A model generated the notes under the pieces. The model was not told the DNA's origin. It worked only from the letters and a program-made list of their open reading frames with translations, and searched no databases. This document shows, piece after piece, positions 13,920-26,600 of a DNA stretch of 64,000 nt (position 1 is its first letter; every line of letters begins with the position of its first letter). Origin of the DNA: Blasia pusilla. Its lineage: Eukaryota. The stretch lies in NCBI GenBank assembly GCA_050084515.1, contig CM114271.1:186001-250000 (forward strand), given 5' to 3'. The position numbers and the translations under genes are program-made.

Positions 13920-16871
13920 CAGGTGATAGGGCAAGTGCAAGGAGAAGTAGGACCAAGAGAGATTTGTGGAACCGTGATGTGGATCAATGCAAGGACCAAA
14001 ACCTACTACCTAGATGTGAATTGTTGCCTATTGGGGTTCCAAAGACAAAGGTGCCCGGTTATGAGCCATGGTTGAATGACCTAAAGGTATGGACCCTACG
14101 CTATCTCGACTTATAATGTCTCGAGATGAGTAGGCAAGAGGCTACTAATATGGCAACAATTCGCAAGCACATTGAGAGTGCCTACACATATGTTGGGGCA
14201 CCATCTTTATGTTTGGACTTTTTGAAGAAGAGATGTGCATAATTGTTAAAAATAGAATGGTCCATGATGAAAGCATATTGGGTGGCCAATGGGGCTCATG
14301 TTGATGTCCTTTACCACCCTGATGCTAAGGAAGATGCATGGGGCCGTTTGGTAGATTATTGGCTTTCTGAAGAGGGTATGTTGAAGGCCCAAAAGATGGT
14401 GAACGCAAGATCAAAGGTTATGACTTTAAATCACAGCGGACAGGGAGGTTTAGAGGGGTTTTTTGTAAGTTATCCTTAGCTTTCATTTCTTTTATATTTA
14501 TGATTTCTGCACTTTGGTGTTCAGATTGTTAATGTTTGTCAATATTAGTGATTCAAATTGTATTGTTGGGTTTCTCCATGTATAGGGCAGAGGTGGATCA
14601 ACCACACGAAGCAATATAGGTGTTACTGACACTAGACCAATTCCACAGCAAGAGAGTCTTGTAAGCTAGCTATAATTATGTGTGAATTATTTCTTGTGTA
14701 TTGTGAGGTTTGTAAGTACATTTCAGATTTTCACCACCTGATATATTCACTTTCATTGGTTTTTATGCAATCTTACCAATAGGAAGGAGGTGCGACAGTA
14801 CCCTTGACCACGAAAAAACCTGAAGAGCAAACACCAACAGCAAATCATAGCCTTTACACTGGAGGTTCCCGAGTGAGTATAATACTACCAAGTTAAATCA
14901 GACTTATGATAGTGTTTGATTTATCTTCATACAAAGACTGATATAGCCTAGAGTTGGAGCTATATATTTGCAGGGAACATACTAACTATATGGGTATCAT
15001 TTTATTTTTCAGATGAGTCCAGAGTCAAGCATAACCACTCAACTTCTGAAGGTAGAGAAGAAATGGAGTGCAAATATGGGTATCACGAAGGGTAATCTTG
15101 AGCAAAAATTGGAGAGGAACCAACTCCTCTTGGAGAAGAAGATGTCAATCAACCAATCCCTGATTGAGGAGAAGTTGGAAAAAAACCAGAGAGAACAAAA
15201 AGAGGCCTTTTCCATGCTTGTTGATATGATCAAAAAGCTTTCAGAGAAGAAGAGACATAAAGTGAATACATGTGGTCCTTCTAAGAGTCATATTATGAGT
15301 CAACAAGAAGGTAAGAGTCCTCTCTCAAGTTAGTTTCTTTTGAAGCATTGGTGCAGTTATTAGAAATTGATAAATTTTCCTCTGAAATTACATGGCAGAT
15401 CTTGCTCGTGTGAAGGATGGCCCTTCAAAGATTGGAGTAGATGTTTTGGGTGCTCATAAGGAGATATCAAGGGACATGGATGGGCAAACTGAAGGGACTC
15501 GAGCTTGTAAGTATTGAGTTTAGAAAATCCTGATTTGGTTTATAAAAAGTATATCCTTTGTAAGTGCAGATTCTTTTAGTTTCTTATAAATACTCTTGTT
15601 GTGTGATAGTCAAGAAGGGAAATGAATCAAAACCCTGCTCGCCGTTTGAAAACCCTAAAGCAATAAGTCTCTTAGGTTTGGTTTTCTTCCCCTCCGTTGT
15701 TTTGTTATCCCTATCCTTTCTATAGTTTCAAAGAGATCTTTAATGTATTGTGGTTTAAGATTATGAACAACAAGTAAATGTGAAGTTCCAGCTTTGTGTA
15801 TCGTTGTTTGCTTTAACAACATACCTAAAACAACAACCCTCTCAGGTTTCCTTTTCTTCCCCTCTTTACTTTTGTTATCTTACACTTACTATAGTTTCAA
15901 AGATCTTCAATTTATTTCAGCAAGAGATTATGTACAGCAAGTAAATGTCAGTTACCAGCTTGGTGTATCCTTACACTTACTATAGTTTCAAAGAGATCTT
16001 CATTTTTTTCCAGCAAGAGATTATGTACAGCAAGTAAATGTCAATTTCCAGCTTGGTATATCCTTACACTTTTTATCCTTACACTTACTATAGATTCAAA
16101 GAGATCTTCAATTTTTTACAGCAAGAGATTATGTACAACAAGTAAATGTCAATCTCCAGCTTGGTATATTTCCCTCTCTGATATTATAGCTACATATCAG
16201 TAGCCTTCTATTGATGTACATTCAACATAACAAAATTGCTTTTCCTTTATTTTACTATCCTTTTGTACTATGCAGGTTTCATTGGTGGGGAGAAAGAGTC
16301 TTCTCCGAACAACAAGAGATGTGTTACAAGAGTGCATTCTCACGCCATTCAAGCTAGAAGTAGTGAACATGACAGTGATGTAAAGTCACAAAGCAACAAG
16401 AAATAAATTGGAAAGGTATGCATGTGGACTTGGAAGAAAAAATTTCTTGCTTGGCATGATAATCAGAACTTTATTCAAGTGCTACAATATTTCAATTGAA
16501 AGAATTGTAACTAATAATGTGTTGTGTTATATGTCCAACACCAAGTTTATGCATTTGTTTCCTCCAAAGACTCATCCGGGATCTTGGGTTTTCAGATTCG
16601 TGTGGGAGATAAGGTTCAACTCATAAAGCCTAAGCTCAGTAGGATAATTAAGGGCACTGGTGTTGTAACCGGCTTGAGTGGACAACACAAATTTCATGGG
16701 AGTGATATCCCATCAGGGGTGGTACGGGTGGATCTAAAGATTGTTCATCTTGCATTCTTGGATCATAAGTTATGGCAGCCAATTGAGGATGATATGCCAT
16801 CCCAATACACTCTGGGTGATGCTCTTAGAGGTTCAATACTTTGGCTTGAAGTAAATTTGAAGAAATCATAG
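13920..16871 (+). pseudogene. CACTA TnpA-like multi-exon gene (Ptta/En/Spm-type domain, coiled coil, C-terminal TNP1-like domain), decayed; may extend 5' to ~10.9 kb
   Basis: 14243-14479 W..LVDYWLSEEG..KAQKM..ARSK...NHSG.GG. 15013-15333 coiled coil. 16524-16871 'KGTGVVTGLSG..KFHG.DIP.GVVRVDL......L..P.EDD.P...TLGDA....ILW', typical of the CACTA ORF2 C-terminus. GT-AG introns visible. Confidence 0.7.
15650..16170. repeat. Intronic tandem repeat, ~4 imperfect copies
   Basis: 'tatagtttcaaagagatctt...gcaagagattatgtacagcaagtaaatgtca...ccagcttggt' repeated at ~15720, ~15890, ~15980 and ~16090. Confidence 0.8.
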
Positions 16872-17279
16872 GCTAATATTAGACGTTCATGCCTACATGT
16901 AGACAATACTTACTTACAGTAGTGCATGTTTTGTTGACTCGTTCCCTATGAAATCTCAGACTCCCCACAGAAATCACTATTGATTACTTGTAGTAATCTT
17001 TATGACCATTTTCTTTGTTGCTGAATTTACTTGTCTTCAATATGAGACTACAGAATCTTATTCTAGTTCATGTATTGGACAGTTAGTAGTTTCCAATCAG
17101 ATATTTGTTTTTACACCGCATTCTCAATTGATGAATGAAGTGTCCGACCTTAAATCTCCACCTTTCCTTTGATTTGGTTATTTTATCAATGCCTTGTGAG
17201 AATCAATGCATGAATGGATAGGCTACATTCTACAAGGAGAACCTTAGCCTTCTATCATGAGATCTACTTCTGATTCCCA

Positions 17280-18150
17280 TAACTTGAAGTCATTTAAATA
17301 TCATATGAATCATATTAGTCATAAATCATTAAATCATATAATGTAGCCAAACTCTAGTCATATCACACCATATGTAGTCATTTAAACTACTGATTTCAAA
17401 CATGTACCAAGTCATACTAAAACAATATGCAATCATTTAAACTATTGATCCAAACATGTACCTAGTCATACTAAAACAATATACATTCATTTAGAAGTCA
17501 GATATGTAGGTACCCAGTCATATTCATCTATCATGCAGTCATATTAATCAATCTTGGAGTCATTCAGACCTATCATGCAAAATATCAGTCATATAGTAGT
17601 TAGATTATAGTCATAAGAAAATATGTATTAAAAAAATAATTAAATATGGAGTCATTTAAAATAATCACATATTTAAGTTCCTAGTCATATTCTCAAAGCA
17701 TGGAGTCATACAAAGACCGCATCATTTATTGAGTCATATGTAACCATTTAAAGTCATTTAGAAGGAACAAAATGATCAATATGACTTAGTCATATTTGAA
17801 AGCTTAGTATAGGATTGAATGTGAGGTAATTTTTCTGAAATTCTCCCAACAATATGACTACAGTTGACTCATACAATATGACACATGTCATGATTTAAGT
17901 AGTCATACTTGACGACTTGCCACGTCATATGCTGATATGGCCGTCATATTATATGACTAGAGCTTGTCAATATTATTCACTTTAGTGACGTGTAAGTCAT
18001 TTAAATGAATGACTAGGTCTCTCATCCTAAAATGATTTGAGTCATGGTATGGTAGATGACTAGGCTTTTATGACTCGACGAGTCATCGATCATTTCCAGT
18101 CATTTTAAGACATATATGACTTAAGGGAGTCAAATGAGCCAGTCATAAAA
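17280..18150. repeat. Right subterminal repeats (AGTCAT/ATGACT) of the inner CACTA
   Basis: Dozens of AGTCAT/ATGACT motifs leading to the TIR. Confidence 0.8.
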
Positions 18151-19034
18151 CTATTCAATTGTTCTAGTGAAAGCCTCACATGAATGTTGGCTTTCAAGAT
18201 CATACTATTGTTTCTCGTAAGACGCTTTTACTCCCCTCTTTGTGAAATTGGACTCGTAATTTGGAGACATTTTACTATTCCTACTGAGTGTGGAAATGTA
18301 AACCTCTATTGGGAGTGAGTTTTTTGTTGTTAGATTCAGCTCCTTTAATGAGTGAGGCCTGAAAATCAGAGGTAGGAACTCTTATTGAAACTCATTTTAT
18401 GCCAGTAAGGAGAGGATTGATCATCCTCATGCAAGCCTCGGTGAGAAAGCCAAGTCAATGACGGCTACCAATTCCCAAGGTGCATTTCTATACCACTTAC
18501 ATTTTGCTTTCCATGAAATATTCACTTCTTTTCTCTTGCTGATATATACATTGCACAGATTATGCAAACCTAAATGGACAGGAGTAGAGATTGTGGGAAT
18601 AAGTGGCATGATTTACTCTTATACATCCTGTTCGTTGTATAGGTGCAGCAATAATGAACATACAGGCTTGACCAAAACTGAAGAAGAAGGTTAAGGTAGC
18701 CACGAAGTTGGTTGGGAGTGTGGGTAGTGTGTTAGAGTGTGATTTAAATGTCTTGAGCACCAAGAAACAAAGGGTAAATATTAAAGCTTTCCCGAGTTTG
18801 CAAGTAAAGTTTATGTGTTCTTTGTGGATATGTGACAACACTATACATGCATGTGTGTTTCCATTCTCATTTTCTAGTACTCAACTAGGTGAGACTTGTG
18901 GGCTTTTCAAGGAAGTTACCAATAGGTGGATGGAGCTTCACCAAGATAATAAATGTGGTTATAATAGTTAATCCACTATTGTAATGTTATTATGTTGGCA
19001 ATTAATCAAGTGTTTTGAATTGGTATGTGTGTAG

Positions 19035-19310
19035 TTGTGTTTGGGAGATGAATTACACTTTACGCAACCAAAGCTCAACAGAAATATATTGGGTCATGGA
19101 GTAGTCTCAAGCTTGAGTGGCCGAGACAAGTTCCATGGGAAGGATATTGGTCCAGGTTTGGTGAAGGTGGACCTACAAGATACAATGCAACCTGATTATC
19201 AACTATGGGAGCCAAACACAATGGATGAACCTGCCCAACTCACACTCGGAGATGCAATAGGGACTTGTATTATTTGGCCAGAGTTAAATCTTAAAAAGCT
19301 TGCTCATTAG
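19035..19310 (+). pseudogene. Last exon of the TnpA-like gene of the outer CACTA
   Basis: LGDELHFTQPKLNRNILGHGVVSSLSGRDKFHGKDIGPGLVKVDL...TLGDAIGTCIIWPELNLKK is clearly paralogous to 16524-16871. It is preceded by a gtgtgtag acceptor. Confidence 0.7.
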
Positions 19311-19537
19311 GAACTCTGATTTGGATAACTTTCAGAGCTTCGGAGATGGCATCAAAACTTCTTCAAGCCATTCTTTTACTAATATGCATTGTTTTCATTC
19401 AATCTCTATTTTTCTATTTTCCATGTTGAGGAGATTGTGACTCTAATCTATAAGGACTCCTCAGGTTGGGGTTGTATTATACATAAGATAGTTATGAATC
19501 TACACATCCTTCATTTGCAACATTGTGATTGTCACTA

Positions 19538-19710
19538 CTGCACCCTGAACATCTCACTTACTTGCTCTTGTTTTGGGGATTTTAGAGATAAAAATGCACC
19601 CTGAACATCTCACTCACTTGCTGTTGTTTGGAGGATTTTAGAGGCAACAATGCACCCTGAACATCTCACTCACTCTTTTTGAAATTGAGAAATTTTAGAG
19701 ACTACAATAA
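19538..19710. repeat. ~56-bp tandem repeat, 3 copies
   Basis: 'tgcaccctgaacatctcact...ttttagag' three times in the 3' region of the outer CACTA. Confidence 0.8.
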
Positions 19711-22700
19711 CTAATAATATCAGCGAGTACTCTTGTGCAAAAAGAAAGTTTTAGTTTTCTCATGAAAACAAAATCACTCACAATAATGTAGTGTGATCCT
19801 TGAGAATAACTAACATAGTCATTTGTATGACTAAGCCAGTCCAGATAATAACCAAATCAATCATTGTATATGAATCATATAGTCGTTAATATAGCTATTG
19901 TAGTGACATTAGTACCAATCTAGTTATTTAAATGACTCATGTCTCCAGTCATTTATCATGACTGAGCTAGTAACACCCAATCATTTAAAATGACTCAAGC
20001 ACTAAGAACATGACTAATACTTGACTCAACCAGTCACTTTACGACTCATATAGTCATTTTGAATGACTCGCTAAGTTGGAGTCATAGCATTCACAGACCA
20101 GTTGAGTCATAGAATATGACTCATACAGTTAATGATTATGAGAGTCATTTCTACCACGTGTCACAATGACTACAGACATTCCATTTACACGTGTCCTTGT
20201 ATGATTGCATGAAGACAATGTCCTTTCTCATGTTGTGCCACGTGGTCGTATGTGATTTGTTATTCAAATCCTACTCAACATGGTTATGACTGAGTCATTT
20301 ACAACACGTGTCATTCATTGGTGAAAATTATATCATCCTCATGCTATGTCATATGCGGATGTGGCATAGTGACATGGCACTCACACGTGGTACATTAGTC
20401 ATACATCAACGACTGAGATATCAATGATTAGAGTCATTTACCGATCGGGTAGCCCTAGTCATTTCTTGTAAATGACTTAGTTTATATGACTCTAACGGTA
20501 ATGAGACATTCTTAGTCATTTACCATGAAAAATGACTCGACCTAGTCATCTATTGGAGTCATAAAAACCAAGATTTCCTCTAGTGAGATCTCTCCTCGTT
20601 GGACTTGAGATCATGGCACGCTTAGTGGGTCCCCGCTAGCATGGAAGCCATAGACTTAAGAGTCTCCTCCATACATTCAAATTATCGTTCTCCAACCTCC
20701 CACTCCCCCTCTCCAAATACAGTGCCCACTCTGATCACATTTTCATCATGGAAGATCAACTACCTCAACTATTACCAAATCTGGTCCTCATTAAAATATG
20801 AGAGCTCCACTTCTCTTGGTCCCAATCTTCCTACTCTATTAGCGGTCCCTCCTACTTTACTACCATTTTACATGGTCGTCCCTCAATATTAAACTTTTGG
20901 GGGTACCTTATATAGAATTCAAAATTCTTGGAAATAAATGTGCGGACACTTTATAGAAACAGAAATAAGTTTAGGGTTGTATTCTAAACTTAGTGAAGAG
21001 TTACTAAAATTAAGTTTTAGAAGGAAAATCAGTTACTCAAGCGGTTATAAAGGTAATTTATATAGTTCTTGGTGGGTAGGACTATTTATACTGATTATAT
21101 GACTAGAGTGACTATGTAAAATTGGAATGTATAGGGGAGTTCTATAAAGATGTAGGTGTCAATACATGAAGTGTTCATTGTGGAAGTTGTTGGAATCTGA
21201 GATAATTGGGCCTGGTTTGTGTTGGAATGTCTGATATAAAGAAGGAAATATAGTGTGAATATGAAAACAATGTGCTTTAGGGGACAATTGGTTTCAATGG
21301 GAGTTGAAGGAAGAGTGTTCATGGGAAAGGTATCTATAAAGGAGTATAGTGGAAAGGAACATAAGTAAGCAAAATTACCATGCAAGCAATTGTAATAGTT
21401 GGAAAACTATGGATTACTTGTACCATAGAAGATATTGAAACTTACTAAGTGAGCATCCAAAACATAAGGATTAATGTTAGAAACATGGAGTAGAGATTGC
21501 AGAGAAATGAAAATATACCCAAGATAATAAATAGTGCACAATACAATTTTCCCTGTCTCCACAAGGTACATGTGCTACAAAACTAATGGGTACTGAAGAA
21601 AATTGCTAAGAGAGTTGGCCAAGTGTATTTATGTAGCCATCAAGACGCCCAACCTACAACCAGAGGCACATTCCTCCACCAGATTGTTCAGCACAAACTT
21701 CTCCAATTGATTTCAACATCAGCCTAGTAGATAATTCTTCCCACATTCCATTGTATGTCTACAGAAATGAACTCAACAAGCTAGACCAGCTCCAGACACA
21801 TAATAAAGCTTTGAAATTTAGGATTTCCAAACTTTCCTCACAGTTAGGCACAATGTCTCAGTCAACTTTAGCTTTTGAGGTTCAGAATGCTCAGTATATA
21901 GAGAACTAAGACAAAGCCACCATACACTTCAAAGATTTCCTTCAGCACACCAACTCAGATGTTGAAGGAAATCCTCACTTGCAGCTAGAGATAGCGTTGA
22001 TTAAGTCTGAAGAAGTGCTGCAGATTTTAGAAATATGGACAATTCAAACAAATAGATACAGAACACAAAGAAGTCAAATAGATTGTTAAAGCAAAATTCT
22101 AAATAGTAGTCAGATATTGATAGTCTAAATGTGAAATCATTCAGTAGTCAAATCTGAACTAAGATGAGTGTTAAATGTATTGTCTAGAGTTAATGTATAT
22201 GAGAGTGTATAAAGAAGAATAAGTAAGAATGAAAGTAAAGAAGTGCTTTTAGGATGGAAAATAAATATAGATTGTATTATGAGTTTAATTAGTGAAGTGT
22301 ATTGTGTTACATGGTCTGAACAGTGTAAATCTCAATTCTTAAGAAAGAGTAAGTTTAGGAGTTCCATGGTCAATATAGAGCTATAAGCATGAATACTGAA
22401 GCATAACTAGTAGAGTACTCTGGTGATGGGATCTAAGCTGAAAAATTCACACAAAATCCAAAAGCGTGACAAGTGCCAGAACCTACACATGATATAAGTA
22501 AAAATGGTGTGAGTTTGTAGTGTACCTAAACTATAGTAATGAAATAGTATGGGTAATAAAGTGGAAACAAGGAAGTAGTTAAATAGAAATACATAATGTA
22601 CCTGGGTAGAATTAGGCGCACTTCCTTTTCCCAAGTGAACCTGCAAGTATACCAGGCTGGAATGTGTCTAAGTCTATGACAAAGTTAGCCGAAGTGACTT

Positions 22701-23689
22701 CTGTCTTAACAATATCAAAGTCTGGAAGGATTGGTAGAGTACGAGGTTCATCTATTGAAGGAGGAGTGAACTCTGGTAGCTCTCTATTGGTGTGAGCAAG
22801 TTTCATCCTAGAAATGAGATGGCTTGCTTTTGTAGAACTCAATTCTATAATCATGTGAAGGGGAAGGTGAAATTCATGACGAAGTGTGCGGAGCTGGTCT
22901 AGTCTTATGCCACCAGAAGCAATGTTGAAAAGTCTATTGGCTTGAGAACGTGTGAGTGTTGTCTCCTTGAAATCAACTTGTTTATAACGTAGTGCCTCTT
23001 TTTGTATGCATGTAAAACAATGAGAGAAGGGAAGATTATAATTATGAGTGAAGAGTTTAGGGTGTTGAGAACTACAAGTATGCGATGAATAAAAATAAAT
23101 GTGTGATATAAAGTGTAAAATTTCAATGTACCTGTTGCTGGGCTGTCTTTGTTGTGTAGACGGAACTTCTAATCCCAATCTTTGCCTTGGGTTTTTATTG
23201 CTTGGATCTGGCGATTGATGACACCTTTCTCCCAAAATGCTGGAACTAGCCCTAAGTTGTCACAAAACCATATTTGATTTTCTATAGGCTAGACAAACTT
23301 GGGGGCGTCCGCCTCAGGAATACTCTCAATGTCATTGAGTATCATGGACGCGAAGTCCATATAGTTTGCGGGTACCTATAGGGTAGTTAGATACAAGAGA
23401 TGAAAGAATGTACCATGGAAACTGTAGAGGTTAAGCATAACAAACTAATCACTAGATGAAGCAATTTTTGGAGTGTGCGACGGTATGTTGAACTCGTGTG
23501 TGACCATCTGGTTGGTTGTACTAGCATCTCGCTGAATGTGTGTGGCCTCAGCCTGATGAACATGTTGCAAGAATGACATAAATTGATTTGATTGTGGAGA
23601 AGGCTTCCTGCCTCTCGTTGAAGAGTTGCTGTCACCTGAAGCTATCTTGCACACAATGTAGAAGAAATCTAACTCCAAAAAGCAAGCTT

Positions 23690-26600
23690 AGGCGTTCTGT
23701 CCAAGTGTTATGAAATCTGACTGAATTAAATTGCCAAGTATTCTAAGTTGATGACGAGAACGTACACGAGAAAGCATAACATAAAGTAGTCCAGGAGCAA
23801 ACACAAACTTTATAACTACAAAGCACTTGCTAGAAACTGTCAGCCCCGACTTTTGTGTGCTGTGATAGCGTAACCAAGAGTCAAGGGGAATTTTTTTTTA
23901 AAAACTTCTTTCCAAAAGTATAGTTGATAGTAGAAAAGCTTGTCATAGTAATGTTAAGTAGTTCACCTGATGTTGAAATTCTTACGGTGATAGAAAATAG
24001 TACATCGTGCTTATAATTTAAATGACTTACAATATCATGGGACTCATTCGCTGCCTGTGACTTTATGTCTATGTTAGACGTCAACATTACAAGACGACCA
24101 ATGGCAACAAAGAGAAGTTGATGGAAATCATCATCTTCAATCCATTGCTTGACCTCAGGCAGTGAAGATGCATATGTTGCAACGTGGACCGGTATTATAG
24201 AAGCATTTCCAAAAAATCTTTTCAAACAAAGAATGTTGTAGACATCAACATCACATCAAAATGTGCATATTATAATAGTGTCGTCCAAGATGAAATAAAT
24301 TGCGTCATTCTCACTCATAAAACATTGCTATAAGCAATGTGATATTTCATCTGGTGTGGATAACCTGTTTCTAACTATATTAAGGAAAGCCAAGTATTCG
24401 CCATCATGTGTGTGTCTCATTGGTGTAGAAAGTGTAGCTTGTATAGCATTTTGTAGAAGTGGTGAAGACAAAAGATGGCATGTCTTGCACAAAGGTTGTG
24501 AGGTAAGTTTACACACTGGGGGCAATTGTGCCTTATCTCCTACTAGTATAAAAAGCTTATCTGCAAATGGTGTATGGCAATATAAGGAGGAGGATTGGTT
24601 TAGTCTCATGGATACAATTTGTAATAAACGTGGGGTGTGCATTGAGCATTCATCAATTATAATGAGTTTTGCATCCCTAAGCTTGATGGTGGCATCTGAG
24701 GTTGGGTGCATATGTGGAACTTCTCTACGTACGTATGGGGATACAGAATGCATAATGGATGGTTGTTGCATGCTTGTGTAAACATACAGCGGCAATACCT
24801 GTAGTTGCTACTAAGAGGTAATTTCTACAAAGAAAATCTCAGTATTTGCACATAATACCAATAAAGTATGATTTCCCACAACTTGGTGATCCTGTTAACA
24901 TCAAAATGCTACATTAGAGGATCTTTATCTTATGGAAGGGGATCTGCTGCTCCGAATTTAAAAGACTCAAGTCTGGTGGAGATCTGGAACCAGGTTGGAT
25001 TGGCTGATTCAATGGTAGTTTGGGATCTCGTTGACGGAGTAGGGTATGAAGATCAAGCTGAATCTGGGGTTTAAGAATTGCCAAGGCCTTAGATAGTATT
25101 TCAGCAGTATGGACTTTGCTCCACAAATTGGCATTTGCATGGGATGTTATCAAGGTCTCTATATCAGTGACATCTGAAAAAATCTTACAAAACATGCACT
25201 CATGCAAGTATGTCCATTGATGTGAGTCAGAACTAAGAAGTAAATTCTCAGATCTGAAGGGGACATTTGGAAGAAGTTGTACATAAAAGAACTCATTCCA
25301 CTGATGAGGCGGGTGAAATTATGTAGATCTTACAAGTCTATCAGAATGAAAAATGGTATTACCTAATGCATCAATGCCTATAATGGAGTCTTGAAATTTT
25401 TTCGGAGATGTCTTGCAAATCTGGTGTGATGTCTAGAAGCGGGTAAATGTAAAAGTCTCCAGAGAGGGTGGCTTGGCACAATAGAGCTCAACGGGGTGTA
25501 TGCATGGAACTGATGAATGCTTTTGCTTAAGGAAGTTTGACGTGAAGGTGGATTGGAGTCAATATATTTTATAGATTGGGATCTAAATATAATTGGAATC
25601 TACATGGATGATAATGAAGCCTCTGTTGAAGAAACATAATGATTAAGTATGACGCCAGATACAAGTTTAAGTCTTATCTCATCCAAGTCCTAGACATCTT
25701 GTTGATTCAGTCTCGACGGTTAGTGACCTAGTTGGTTCAGATTTTAAGGCATACTTCACAAGGTAAAAAGACCAGTAAGTGTTTGCCACTCCTTGGATGT
25801 TCATGTGAGCCCCCCACAAGAGCAAGATCAAAGGATTATAGGGAATCACATTGCGGTGAGCATGCTTTGGTCTGAAATATGTCCACTGCATGGTCTTTGG
25901 GTCAATAAATGGCTCGGTGTTTAGATTTACATTAGGAGGGAAGCCTAAGCGATAGTAGTGTCGCTGCACTTGTTTTTTCCTGATAATACATACCCCTTCC
26001 TTGCATCTATGCAACTGCTTGGTAGTGACAAAGTCATGTAGTAAGGAGTCACATGAGGGATTTGATTCGTGTGAGGGATGATGAGTAGGTTTATGAGGTT
26101 GCGGAATATAAGCGCAAATTTTTGATGTAATCTCCTCAATGTCATCTTTGTGCATCCAGAATATTATGTGGCAATGCAGGCTACCTCTACCCTGCAGGTC
26201 ATACGTTATTACATAGTCCATAACCCGACCTAAAAGCTGGGGACCTGAGAATATGTACTGAGCAAGGAAAGTATGAAGCTTGGTATGAAATAGTTGAGAG
26301 AATTCAGAGGGTCCGTCACGCCAAGTAAACTTAGGATTGAACTTATGTAGAATTTCCTCAATATGGGCAATCTCAAGCCATCTTGTCGATGAAACCTCAT
26401 AAGATGTTAGTGTGAGAAAGAAATAGGGCATTCCCCATTTGTGTACCATAGCTTTAAGGTCTTTTAAGTGTTTTCTATGCGATCCGGGACTCCCAGGAAT
26501 TTGTGGGTTGAGTGAGTGTTTGGACAATTGGTGATATAAATATTCCTCACCCAGATATGGTTTCTCTTTGCGTAGTCTTTCAAGATCCTTATTGAGAATG

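Larger units (their letters stand above)
7738..18169 (+). mobile_element. Complete-ended non-autonomous CACTA element (10,432 bp) with 3-bp TSD AAA
   Basis: Left TIR CACTAGAAGAAAATAGTGGTTTTTATGACT at 7738. Right TIR AGTCATAAAACTATTCAATTGTTCTAGTG ends at 18169. AAA lies at 7735-7737 and 18170-18172. ATGACT/AGTCAT subterminal repeats at both ends. No TnpD DDE transposase recognised. Confidence 0.9.
6620..20585 (+). mobile_element. Outer CACTA (En/Spm) element, left end missing, interrupted by the nested CACTA at 7738-18169
   Basis: Right TIR ...AGTCATAAAAACCAAGATTTCCTCTAGTG ends at 20585, with dense ATGACT/AGTCAT subterminal repeats at 19810-20560. TnpA-like exons at ~6700-7555 and 19035-19310 are paralogous to those of the inner element. 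No matching left TIR was found. Confidence 0.75.
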
